DNA of 64,000 bases from NCBI RefSeq assembly GCF_048593235.1, contig NC_133619.1, forward strand, positions 234,250,454 to 234,314,453, given 5' to 3'. Below the pieces are notes generated by a model. It saw only the letters and a program-made list of their open reading frames with translations. It searched no databases and was not told where the DNA came from. The position numbers were made by a program, and so were the translations under genes. Positions 1 through 10,884 of the stretch are shown here, in pieces. The first letter of the stretch is position 1, and the number at the start of each line of letters is the position of its first letter. The DNA is from Sminthopsis crassicaudata (Eukaryota).

Positions 1-228
1 CTTCTCTTTTTTCTTCTGTATGATCCTCCATATCTGCAGGAGCTTGTTCTTGCTCTTGTCAGCTGCTGTCTCCAAGGGAAGGACTTGGTGGTCCTTGAGT
101 TCTGGGCCCGAGAAGCAAGAATCAAAGAGGGGTCTCTGGTCTTCCTCACAGAAGAATATCACTTGTTCTCCCTGTTGATCACAAGTGCTCAGGCTCACGT
201 CTTTGTGCAGCAGGTGATTTTGGCTCAT
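1..228 (-). CDS. Copy 1 (5' part only, cut by window edge): TRIM-like B-box/coiled-coil/PRY-SPRY protein
   Basis: ATG (plus-strand cat 226-228) followed by the same N-terminal sequence as the other copies; B-box reads CEEDQR. Confidence 0.8.
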   Translation of the reverse strand, partial: MSQNHLLHKDVSLSTCDQQGEQVIFFCEEDQRPLFDSCFSGPELKDHQVLPLETAADKSKNKLLQIWRIIQKKKEK

Positions 229-603
229 CTTGCCAGTGGTGCACTGGGTCTGCAGGTTCCTGCAGAGCAGCAAGGCAGCCTCCCTAAGCAATGACTCCTC
301 TGCACTCTGTGTGGGTTAAGGTTTCAGTGACTCCCTCAGTACCCTGGAGAAGACACTCTGTGCACTCTCAGTCACCCAGTCAGGAAGGTAGTTCAGGCTC
401 ATGCAAGCAAGGGAGACCTACCTGGAGGATTTATAATGAATCTCTGGTATGGATGATCCCAAGCCTCTGATTCCTTCCTTTTCAGGTCTGGAGAGAGCTA
501 GCTCCTTCCTTCAGCTCTGGCAGCAAAAGATATGGGCACTGAGCTGTGTGAGCCTTTTTAAATCTCCTCCCCTGCTTAGCCATTCTCTTAACTCCACCCT
601 CAA

Positions 604-669
604 AAAGGTGAGAACTCTTGTCTTTTGAGAGGACTTCCACTCCCTGCTTAAGTCTGAGTTCTCACCTTT
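604..669. repeat. 14-bp perfect inverted repeat (aaaggtgagaactc / gagttctcaccttt, 38-nt loop) in the upstream spacer
   Basis: Arms at 604-617 and 656-669. Repeated in each unit; some units have aataagtgagaactc, which shortens the stem to 10 bp. Confidence 0.85.
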
Positions 670-1915
670 CTTCTAATCCCACCCTTCAGGGTCAGCCTCT
701 CTAGAGAAGGAAACTCCTAACCTCCTTCTGAGTACATGGAACGATCTCCTGATTGGGTCACTTAGCAGTGACATTCTCACCTGCAAGCCTCAAGATATCA
801 CCTTTTGATGTGCTGACATGGAAACATGGCAAAGAAAGACGCCCAGCCCCCACCCCAAACAAAATCTTTTTTTTTTTCCCCAAACTGCTTCCCACCCATG
901 GCTCCTATGAAGAAAACATGTACCAACCTTTGCTATCCCTCCCCCTTAGTTTCCACTTTGGCTCTCATTACATACTTATGATTCTATCACTGGATCAAGA
1001 TGTCTTAGCATTTTTAGTATATGTTTTTCAGAAGAACATTATTTCTGATTGCTATCTTTTTAAATGTTCATCTCAGAAAGATGATTGTCTTCTTCCTTTT
1101 GGTTATGCCACAAAGGATTTGAGAACTGAGGCAGCTGTTACTTTTTTTTTTAATTGTTTCACCTTTTAAGTTCCTTTTATTGACTCCTCAAAAGGTGAGA
1201 ATTCCCACTTTCTAAAGTTCTTCCACTCTCTCCACTGGAGTTTGTCCTCTTAAAAAAATAATACATTAATATATATTTATTTTATTTCAATGAAAATAGA
1301 CTTTAATCTGGACACCTGGTGACTGTATCTATCCTCTTCTAGGTTGTATTCCAGGCTGGGATACCTCTGACAAGGGGCACCAATTGTCCTACAAGAGAAG
1401 GGTAGAAAAACAGAATGACACAATGGAAGTACCTTTGGCATAATATCTTGCTTCAAGTTCCTATTTGGTTGTGGACTAATTTATTGCAGTCCTTCAAAAC
1501 ATCTTTATAGCTTTACCTATTACATTTTCTTATTTCATGCCAGATCTTTGAGTCTGCTATGATCCTCAAGTAGTATTCTGACTCAAAACAATAGACTTTC
1601 CATACCCATCTCCCTTTGCCTTCAAAGAAGAGAACTTTTCTCCCTTTTCTTTCTTTATTTGTTTGCTTCCTTACTCCTTTGGTTGTTCATTGATTCCTAC
1701 AGTCTTTTAGTCTTCCAAGTGTTGTTCTCCCTCCCTTTCTCCTAGGAATTTTTCCCTTCACTTTTGCTCTCCTCAGGGCTTGTCTCCTATTCTGCTACCC
1801 ACCTCCCCATCCCAATTAGCTTCTGGAAAAGTAGCCACCAAAGGGAAAAATGATCTTTTCACTTTAAGAAACCTTAACAAAGCACACAGTATTTTCTTGG
1901 TTTAAATAATCACAC

Positions 1916-1921
1916 TTTATT
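1916..1921 (-). terminator. Polyadenylation signal AATAAA (example for copy 2; recurs in the units inspected)
   Basis: Plus tttatt ~105 nt past the stop codon, followed on the minus strand ~25 nt later by GU-rich ctgtgtgctttgtt (or a variant). Confidence 0.65.
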
Positions 1922-2026
1922 GTCCATTCAACAAGAATACAGAGAAATAGAGTATCCCTGGCAGTATACCACCCAGTCACTTTTGCTAAAGGGTCATCCT
2001 TAGTAATTAGCAACTCTGACTGGCCT

Positions 2027-3178
2027 CTACTGTGGACTCTTAGGGCAAATGATGAGTGAACCAGGGGTGCTCTGGTCTTGGGGAAGGCAAGGAGAGAAAT
2101 AAGGGCGAAGAGGCCCTTCCAAATCTATGTTTGGGTTACTGTAAACAATGGCTCTGTATGTGACATCATAAAATGCTATTTCTTCCCTTTCACAATCAAG
2201 AAAAATGCCCACTTTGTGAAGAGGCTGGCTCAACTGAATGGTCTTTTCTGAAGTGTACAAGAAGAAACCATTTCCAGATGTGAATGCTGTGATGGCCAAG
2301 ACATCTTCCCAACTGAATCTCCCTCCTGAATCATTACAGACGCCCAAAGCCCACCCCGTCTTGTCTTCCACCTCTACTTCCCAGTAGTGGGTGCCTGAGA
2401 TGAATTTCTGGGTTCCTAAAACCCCGAGAGCAGGATGAAATCTCTCTGTGTTGTGAGGCAGGTCTTGACGGGTGCTTCCATAGTGCACCCTCTTCAAATC
2501 TTCAGACAGGATGAGATGAGGATGGGCTGATTCAGGATCAAGAGTTATATCCCTGTGGAAACTCATGAGAAATTCTCTCATGCCTGTAATGGAGCAGATA
2601 GGCCAGGGAAGGAAAGGAAACTCTGGCCTTTGGAGTAGTTCTTCCTTTTTTTTCAAAGTGTCTGGTGCAGCCTGGATCATTTCCAAGGGCAGCATGTCCA
2701 AATTCTGCTCCACTTCTAACATCATTTGTTTCAGATTTTGTATTTCTGGTAACACCTTCATCTCATGCTCTGCTAGTTTGAGCAGGTTGCTTGTGGATGC
2801 CTCACCAAAACTTTTTTCGTATATAAATTTTTCTTCCATTAAGAATAGTTGCAGTTGCCTATATTGAGAACTAGTTAACACTTTGAAAGTGCAGGAACTC
2901 TCAGTAAATTGTGCCTTTCTTCTTCTCAATGTGTCCAGTGCAGTTTGACACTTCTCTTTTTTCTTCTGTATGATCCTCCATATCTGCAGGAGCTTGTTCT
3001 TGCTCTTGTCAGCTGCTGTCTCCAAGGGAATGACTTGGTGGTCCTTGAGTTCTGGGCCCGAGAAGCAAGAATCAAAGAGGGGTCTCTGGCCTTGCTCACA
3101 GAAGAATATCACTTGTTCTCCCTGTTGATCACAGGTGCTCAGGTTCAAGTCTTTGTGCAGCAGGTGATTTTGGCTCAT
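2027..3178 (-). CDS. Copy 2: RING-less TRIM-like protein, 383 aa (coiled-coil type A)
   Basis: Open frame with B-box2-like TCDQQGEQVIFFC...DHQVIPLE, PRY (DITLDPESAHPHLILSED) and SPRY (SGTHYWEVEV, VGIFLDCE). The track's start at 3241 is TTG; the first in-frame ATG (ggcaagATGa) is at 3178. Confidence 0.88.
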   Translation of the reverse strand: MSQNHLLHKDLNLSTCDQQGEQVIFFCEQGQRPLFDSCFSGPELKDHQVIPLETAADKSKNKLLQIWRIIQKKKEKCQTALDTLRRRKAQFTESSCTFKVLTSSQYRQLQLFLMEEKFIYEKSFGEASTSNLLKLAEHEMKVLPEIQNLKQMMLEVEQNLDMLPLEMIQAAPDTLKKKEELLQRPEFPFLPWPICSITGMREFLMSFHRDITLDPESAHPHLILSEDLKRVHYGSTRQDLPHNTERFHPALGVLGTQKFISGTHYWEVEVEDKTGWALGVCNDSGGRFSWEDVLAITAFTSGNGFFLYTSEKTIQLSQPLHKVGIFLDCEREEIAFYDVTYRAIVYSNPNIDLEGPLRPYFSPCLPQDQSTPGSLIICPKSPQ

Positions 3179-3505
3179 CTTGCCAGTGGTGCACTGGGTC
3201 TGCAGGTTCCTTCTGAGCAGCAAGGCAGCCTCCCTAAGCAATGACTCCTCTGCACTCTGTGTGGGTTAAGGTTTCAGTGACGCCCTCAGTGCCCGGGAGA
3301 AGACACTCTGTGCACTCTCAGTCACCCAGTCAGGAAGGTAGTTCAGGCTCATGCAAGCAAGGGAGACCTACCTGGAGGTTTTTTAATGAAACTCTGGTAT
3401 GGATGATCCCAAGCGTCTGATTCCTTCCTTTTCAGGTCTGGAGAGAGCTAGCTCCTTCCCTTCAGCTCTGGCAGCAAAAGATATGGGCACTGAGCTGTGT
3501 GAGCC

Positions 3506-3513
3506 TTTTTAAA
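3506..3513 (-). promoter_or_regulatory. TATA-like TTTAAAAA upstream of each gene (example for copy 2)
   Basis: GATTTAAAAAGG, ~330 nt upstream of the ATG and conserved across units; no TSS evidence. Confidence 0.25.
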
Positions 3514-4976
3514 TCTCCTCCCCTGCTTAGCCATTCTCTTAACTCCACCCTCAAATAAGTGAGAACTCTTGTCTTTTGAGAGGACTTCCACTCCCTGCTT
3601 CAGGGCTGAGTTCTCACCTTTCTTCTAATCCCACCTTTCAGAGTCAGCCTCTCTAGAGAAGGAAACTCCTTCCCTCCTTCTGAGTACATGGAAAGATCTC
3701 CTGATTGGGTCACTTAGCAGTGACATTCTCACCTGCAAGCCTCAAGATATCACCTTTTTGATGTACTGACATGGAAACATGGCAAAGAAAGACGCCCAGC
3801 CCCCACCCCAAACAAAAACTTTTTTTTTTCCCCAAACTGCTTCCCACCCATGGCTCCTATGAAGAAAACATGTACCAACCTTTGCTTTCTCTCCCCCTTA
3901 GTTTCCACTTTGGCTCTCATTACATACTTATGATTCTATCACTGGATCAAGAAGTCTTAGCATTTTTAGTATATGTTTTTTAGAAGAACATTATTTCTGA
4001 TTGCTATCTTTTTAAATGTTCATCTCAGAAAGAAGATTGTCTTCTTCCTTTTGGTTATGCCACAAAGGATTTGTGAACTGAGGCAGCTGTTACTTTTTTT
4101 TTTAATTGTTTCACCTTTAATTTCCTTTTATTGACTCCTCAAAAGGTGAGAACTCCCACTTTCTAAAATTCTTCCACTCTCTCCACTGGAGTTTGTCCTC
4201 TTAAAATATAATACATCAATATATATTTATTTTATTTCAATTAAAATAGACTTTAATCTGGACACCTGGTGACTGCATCTATCCTATTCTAGGTTGTATT
4301 CCAGGCTGGGATACCTCTGACAAGGGGCACCAAATGTCCTACAAGAGAAGGGTAGAAAAACAGAATGACACAATGGAAGTACCTTTGGCATAATATCTTG
4401 CTTCAAGTTCCTATTTGGTTGTGGACTAATTTATTGCAATCCTTCAAAACATCTTTATAGCTGTACCTATTACATTTTCTTATTTCATGCCAGATCTTTG
4501 AGTCTGCTATGATCCTCTAGTAGTATTCTGACTCAAAACAATAGACATTCCATACCCAACTCCCAAGGCCTGCTAAGAAGAGAACTTTTGTCCCTTTTCT
4601 TTCTTTATTTGTTTGCTTCCTTACTCCTTTGGTTGTTCATTGATTCATATAGTCTTTTAGCCTTCCAAGTGTTGTTCTCCCTCCCTTTCTACTAGAAATT
4701 TTTCCCTTCACTTTTGCTCTCCTCAGGCCTTGTCTCCTATTCTGCTACCCCCCTCCCCATCCCAATTAGCTTCTGGAAAAGCAGCCACCAAAGGGGAAAA
4801 ATGATCTTTTTACGTTAAGAATTCTTAAGAAGGAACACAGTATTTTCTTGGTTTAAATAATCACACTTTATTGTCCATTCAACAGAATACAGAGAAATAG
4901 AGTATCCCTGGCAGTGTTCCACCCAGTCACTTTTGCTAAAGGGTCATCCTTAGTAATTAGGAACTCTGACTGGCCT

Positions 4977-6128
4977 CTACTGTGCACTCTTAGGGCAAAT
5001 GATGAGTGAACCAGGGGTGCTCTGGTCTTGGGGAAGGCAAGGAGAGAAATAAGGGCGAAGAGGGCCTTCCAAATCTATGTTTGGGTTACTGTAAACAATG
5101 GCTCTGTATGTGACATCATAAAATGCTATTTCTTGCCTTTCACAATCAAGAAAAATGCCCACTTTGTGCAGAGGTTGGCTCAACTGAATGGTCTTTTCTG
5201 AAGTGTACAAGAAGAAACCATTTCCAGATGTGAATGCTGTGATGGCCAAGACATCTTCCCAACTGAATCTCCCTCCTGAATCATTACAGACGCCCAAAGC
5301 CCACCCCGTCTTGTCTTCCACCTCTACTTCCCAGTAGTGGGTGCCTGAGATGAATTTCTGGGTTCCTAAAACCCCGAGAGCAGGATGAAATCTCTCTGTG
5401 TTGTCAGGCAGGTCTTGACGGGTGCTTCCATAGTGCACCCTCTTCAAATCTTCAGACAGGATGAGATGAGGATGGGCTGATTCAGGATCAAGAGTTATAT
5501 CCCTGTGGAAACTCATGAGAAATTCTCTCATGCCTGTAATGGAGCAGATAGGCCAGGGAAGGAAAGGAAACTCTGGCCTTTGGAGTAGTTCTTCCTTTTT
5601 TTTCAAAGTGTCTGGTGCAGCCTGGATCATTTCCAAGGGCAGCATGTCCAAATTCTGCTCCACTTCTAACATCATTTGTTTCAGATTTTGTATTTCTGGT
5701 AACACCTTCATCTCATGCTCTGCTAGTTTGAGCAGGTTGCTTGTGGATGCCTCACCAAAACTTTTTTCGTATATAAATTTTTCTTCCATTAAGAATAGTT
5801 GCAGTTGCCTATATTGAGAACTAGTTAACACTTTCAAAGTGCAGGAACTCTCAGTAAATTGTGCCTTTCTTCTTCTCAATGTGTCCAGTGCAGTTTGACA
5901 CTTCTCTTTTTTCTTCTGTATGATCCTCCATATCTGCAGGAGCTTGTTCTTGCTCTTGTCAGCTGCTGTCTCCAAGGGAATGACTTGGTGGTCCTTGAGT
6001 TCTGGGCCCGAGAAGCAAGAATCAAAGAGGGGTCTCTGGCCTTCCTCACAGAAGAATATCACTTGTTCTCCCTGTTGATCACAGGTGCTCAGGTTCAAGT
6101 CTTTGTGCAGCAGGTGATTTTGGCTCAT
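4977..6128 (-). CDS. Copy 3: RING-less TRIM-like protein, 383 aa (CC type A, SPRY type X)
   Basis: Intact ORF, same domain motifs as copy 2. Confidence 0.88.
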   Translation of the reverse strand: MSQNHLLHKDLNLSTCDQQGEQVIFFCEEGQRPLFDSCFSGPELKDHQVIPLETAADKSKNKLLQIWRIIQKKKEKCQTALDTLRRRKAQFTESSCTLKVLTSSQYRQLQLFLMEEKFIYEKSFGEASTSNLLKLAEHEMKVLPEIQNLKQMMLEVEQNLDMLPLEMIQAAPDTLKKKEELLQRPEFPFLPWPICSITGMREFLMSFHRDITLDPESAHPHLILSEDLKRVHYGSTRQDLPDNTERFHPALGVLGTQKFISGTHYWEVEVEDKTGWALGVCNDSGGRFSWEDVLAITAFTSGNGFFLYTSEKTIQLSQPLHKVGIFLDCERQEIAFYDVTYRAIVYSNPNIDLEGPLRPYFSPCLPQDQSTPGSLIICPKSAQ

Positions 6129-7930
6129 CTTGCCAGTGGTGCACTGGGTCTGCAGGTTCCTTCTGAGCAGCAAGGCAGCCTCCCTAAGCAATGACTCCTC
6201 TGCACTCTGTGTGGGTTAAGGTTTCAGTGACTCCCTCAGTGCCCGGGAGAAGACACTCTGTGCACTCTCAGTCACCCAGTCAGGAAGGTAGTTCAGGCTC
6301 ATGCAAGCAAGGGAGACCTACCTGGAGGTTTTTTAATGAAACTCTGGTATGGATGATCCCAAGCCTCTGATTCCTTCCTTTTCAGGTCTGGAGAGAGCTA
6401 GCTCCTTCCCTTCAGCTCTGGCAGCAAAAGATATGGGCACTGAGCTGTGTGAGCCTTTTTAAATCTCCTCCCCTGCTTAGCCATTCTCTTAACTCCACCC
6501 TCAAAAAGGTGAGAACTCTTGTCTTTTGAGAGGACTTCCACTCCCTGCTTCAGGGCTGAGTTCTCACCTTTCTTCTAATCCCACCCTTCAGAGTCAGCCT
6601 CTCTAGAGAAGGAAACTCCTAACCTCCTTCTGAGTACATGGAAAGATCTCCTGATTGGGTCACTTAGCAGTGACATTCTCACCTGCAAGCCTCAAGATAT
6701 CACCTTTTTGATGTGCTGACATGGAAACATGGCAAAGAAAGACGCCCAGCCCCCACCCCAAACAAAATCTTTTTTTTTTTCCCCAAACTGCTTCCCACCC
6801 ATGGCTCCTATGAAGAAAACATGTACCAACCTTTGCTATCCCTCCCCCTTAGTTTCCACTTTGGCTCTCATTACATACTTATGATTCTATCACTGGATCA
6901 AGATGTCTTAGCATTTTTAGTATATGTTTTTTAGAAGAACATTATTTCTGATTGCTATCTTTTTAAATGTTCATCTCAGAAAGAAGATTGTCTTCTTCCT
7001 TTTGGTTATGCCACAAAGGATTTGAGAACTGAGGCAGCTGTTACTTTTTTTTTTTAATTGTTTCACCTTTTAAGTGCCTTTTATTGACTCCTCAAAAGGT
7101 GAGAACTCCCACTTTCTAAAGTTCTTCCACTCTCTCCACTGGAGTTTGTCCTCTTAAAATATAATACATCAATATATATTTATTTTATTTCAATTAAAAT
7201 AGACTTTAATCTGGACACCTGGGGACTGCATCTATCCTCTTCTAGGTTGTATTCCAGGCTGGGATACCTCTGACAAGGGGCACCAAATGTCCTACAAGAG
7301 AAGGGTAGAAAAACAGAATGACACAATGGAAGTACCTTTGGCATAATATCTTGCTTCAAGTTCCTTACCAGTTGAGGACTAATTTATTTCAGTCCTTCAA
7401 AACATCTTTATAGCTGTACCTATTACATTTTCTTATTTCATGCCAGATCTTTGAGTCTGCTATGATCCTCAAGTAGTATTCTGACTCAAAACAATAGACT
7501 TTCCATACCCATCTCCCTAGGCCTTCAAAGAAGAGAACTTTTCTCCCTTTTCTTTCTTTATTTGTTTGCTTCCTTACTCCTTTGGTTGTTCAATGATTCC
7601 TACAGTCTTTTAGCCTTCCAAGTGTTGTTCTCCCTCCCTTTCTACTAGGAATTTTCCCCTTCACTTTTGCTCTCCTCAGGCCTTGTCTCCTATTCTGCTA
7701 CCCACCTCCCCATCCCAATTAGCTTCTGGAAAAGCAGCCACCAAAGGGGAAAAATGATCTTTTTACGTTAAGAATTCTTAACAAAGAACACAGTATTTTT
7801 TTGGTTTAAATAATCACACTTTATTGTCCATTCAACAGAAATACAGAGTAATAGAGTATCCCTGGCAGTGTTCCACCCAGTCACTTTTGCTAAAGGGTCA
7901 TCCTTAGTAATTAGGAACTCTGACTGGCCT

Positions 7931-9082
7931 CTACTGTGCACTCTTAGGGCAAATGATGAGTGAACCAGGGGTGCTCTGGTCTTGGAGAAGGCAAGGAGAG
8001 AAATAAGGGCGAAGAGGCCCTTCCAAATCTATGTTTGGGTTACTGTAAACAATGGCTCTGTATGTGACATCATAAAATGCTATTTCTTGCCTTTCACAAT
8101 CAAGAAAAATGCCCAATTTGTGCAGAGGCTGGCTCAACTGAATGGTCTTTTCTGAAGTGTACAAGAAGAAACCATTTCCAGATGTAAATGCTGTGATGGC
8201 CAAGACATCTTCCCAACTGAATCTCCCTCCTGAATCATTACAGACGCCCAAAGCCCACCCCGTCTGGTCTTCCACCTCTACTTCCCAGTAGTGGGTGCCT
8301 GAGATGAATTTCTGGGTTCCTAAAACCCCGAGAACAGGATGAAATCTCTCTGTGTTGTGAGGCAGGTCTTGACGGGTGCTTCCATAGTGCACCCTCTTCA
8401 AATCTTCAGACAGGATGAGATGAGGATGGGCTGATTCAGGATCAAGAGTTATATCCCTGTGGAAACTCATGAGAAATTCTCTCATGCCTGTAATGGAGCA
8501 GATAGGCCAGGGAAGGAAAGGAAACTCTGGCCTTTGGAGTAGTTCTTCCTTTTTTTTCAAAGTGTCTGGTGCAGCCTGGATCATTTCCAAGGGCAGCATG
8601 TCCAAATTCTGCTCCACTTCTAACATCATTTGTTTCAGATTTTGTGTTTCTGGTAACACCTTCATCTCATGCTCTGCTAGTTTGAGCAGGTTGCTTGTGG
8701 ATGCCTCACCAAAACTTTTTTCGTATATAAATTTTTCTTCCATTAAGAATAGTTGCAGTTGCCTATATTGAGAACTAGTTAACACTTTCAAAGTGCAGGA
8801 ACTCTCAGTAAATTGTGCCTTTCTTCTTCTCAATGTGTCCAGTGCAGTTTGACACTTCTCTTTTTTCTTCTGTATGATCCTCCATATCTGCAGGAGCTTG
8901 TTCTTGCTCTTGTCAGCTGCTGTCTCCAAGGGAATGACTTGGTGGTCCTTGAGTTCTGGGCCCGAGAAGCAAGAATCAAAGAGGGGTCTCTGGCCTTCCT
9001 CACAGAAGAATATCACTTGTTCTCCCTGTTGATCACAGGTGCTCAGGCTCACGTCTTTGTGCAGCAGGTGATTTTGGCTCAT
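7931..9082 (-). CDS. Copy 4: RING-less TRIM-like protein, 383 aa (CC type A, SPRY type Y)
   Basis: Intact ORF, same motifs; LPHN/HPVLG/EDQ/HKLG variants. Confidence 0.88.
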   Translation of the reverse strand: MSQNHLLHKDVSLSTCDQQGEQVIFFCEEGQRPLFDSCFSGPELKDHQVIPLETAADKSKNKLLQIWRIIQKKKEKCQTALDTLRRRKAQFTESSCTLKVLTSSQYRQLQLFLMEEKFIYEKSFGEASTSNLLKLAEHEMKVLPETQNLKQMMLEVEQNLDMLPLEMIQAAPDTLKKKEELLQRPEFPFLPWPICSITGMREFLMSFHRDITLDPESAHPHLILSEDLKRVHYGSTRQDLPHNTERFHPVLGVLGTQKFISGTHYWEVEVEDQTGWALGVCNDSGGRFSWEDVLAITAFTSGNGFFLYTSEKTIQLSQPLHKLGIFLDCERQEIAFYDVTYRAIVYSNPNIDLEGPLRPYFSPCLLQDQSTPGSLIICPKSAQ

Positions 9083-10884
9083 CTTGCCAGTGGTGCACTG
9101 GGTCTGCAGGTTCCTTCTGAGCAGCAAGGCAGCCTCCCTAAGCAATGACTCCTCTGCACTCTGTGTGGGTTAAGGTTTCAGTGACTCCCTCAGTGCCCGG
9201 GAGAAGACACTCTGTGCACTCTCAGTCACCCAGTCAGGAAGGTAGTTCAGGCTCATGCAAGCAAGGGAGACCTCCCTGGAGGTTTTTTAATGAAACTCTG
9301 GTATGGATGATCCCAAGCGTCTGATTCCTTCCTTTTCAGGTCTGGAGAGAGCTAGCTCCTTCCCTTCAGCTCTGGCAGCAAAAGATATGGGCACTGAGCT
9401 GTGTGAGCCTTTTTAAATCTCCTCCCCTGCTTAGCCATTCTCTTAACTCCACCCTCAAAAAGGTGAGAACTCTTGTCTTTTGAGAGGACTTCCACTCCCT
9501 GCTTCAGGGCTGAGTTCTCACCTTTCTTCTAATCCCACCCTTCAGAGTCAGCCTCTCTAGAGAAGGAAACTCCTAACCTCCTTCTGAGTACATGGAAAGA
9601 TCTCCTGATTGGGTCACTTAGCAGTGACATTCTCACCTGCAAGCCTCAAGATATCACCTTTTTGATGTGCTGACATGGAAACATGGCAAAGAAAGACGCC
9701 CAGCCCCCACCCCAAACAAAATCTTTTTTTTTTTCCCCAAACTGCTTCCCACCCATGGCTCCTATGAAGAAAACATGTACCAACCTTTGCTATCCCTCCC
9801 CCTTAGTTTCCACTTTGGCTCTCATTACATACTTATGATTCTATCACTGGATCAAGATGTCTTAGCATTTTTAGTATATGCTTTTTAGAAGAACATTATT
9901 TCTGATTGCTATCTTTTTAAATGTTCATCTCAGAAAGAAGATTGTCTTCTTCCTTTTGGTTATGCCACAAAGGATTTGAGAACTGAGGCAGCTGTTACTT
10001 TTTTTTTTTAATTGTTTCACCTTTTAAGTGCCTTTTATTGACTCCTCAAAAGGTGAGAACTCCCACTTTCTAAAGTTCTTCCACTCTCTCCACTGGAGTT
10101 TGTCCTCTTAAAATATAATACATCAATATATATTTATTTTATTTCAATTAAAATAGACTTTAATCTGGACACCTGGGGACTGCATCTATCCTATTCTAGG
10201 TTGTATTCCAGGCTGGGATACCTCTGACAAGGGGCACCAAATGTCCTACAAGAGAAGGGTAGAAAAACAGAATGACACAATGGAAGTACTTTTGGCATAA
10301 TATCTTGCTTCAAGTTCCTTACCAGTTGAGGACTAATTTATTTCAGTCCTTCAAAACATCTTTATAGCTGTACCTATTACATTTTCTTATTTCATGCCAG
10401 ATCTTTGAGTCTGCTATGATCCTCAAGTAGTATTCTGACTCAAAACAATAGACTTTCCATACCCATCTCCCTAGGCCTTCAAAGAAGAGAACTTTTCTCC
10501 CTTTTCTTTCTTTATTTGTTTGCTTCCTTACTCCTTTGGTTGTTCAATGATTCCTACAGTCTTTTAGCCTTCCAAGTGTTGTTCTCCCTCCCTTTCTACT
10601 AGGAATTTTCCCCTTCACTTTTGCTCTCCTCAGGCCTTGTCTCCTATTCTGCTACCCACCTCCCCATCCCAATTAGCTTCTGGAAAAGCAGCCACCAAAG
10701 GGGAAAAATGATCTTTTTACGTTAAGAATTCTTAACAAAGAACACAGTATTTTTTTGGTTTAAATAATCACACTTTATTGTCCATTCAACAGAAATACAG
10801 AGTAATAGAGTATCCCTGGCAGTGTTCCACCCAGTCACTTTTGCTAAAGGGTCATCCTTAGTAATTAGGAACTCTGACTGGCCT

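Noticed and set aside
753-1169. Spacer ORFs containing PKLLPTHGSYEENMYQPLL (64-138 aa)
   Set aside because: The N-terminal frame changes with the length of a variable T homopolymer, one unit has no such ORF, and there is no recognisable domain.
291-2026. D4Z4-like CpG-island regulation of the array
   Set aside because: The unit is visibly CpG-poor; no CpG island is seen in the spacer or ORF.
3179-3241. Track start codons giving 404-aa and 398-aa proteins
   Set aside because: These starts are TTG, not ATG. The first ATG shared by all copies gives 383 aa.
2565-3244. Recurrent plus-strand ORFs (100-132 aa) overlapping each TRIM copy
   Set aside because: Antisense shadows of the real ORF. They recur only because the unit is repeated, their lengths change with the A/B block, and they show no domain motifs.
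3179-3352. Possible remnant RING domain upstream of the B-box
   Set aside because: The in-frame upstream sequence has a single Cys and no C3HC4 spacing. A distant spliced RING exon cannot be excluded, but none is visible in the unit.
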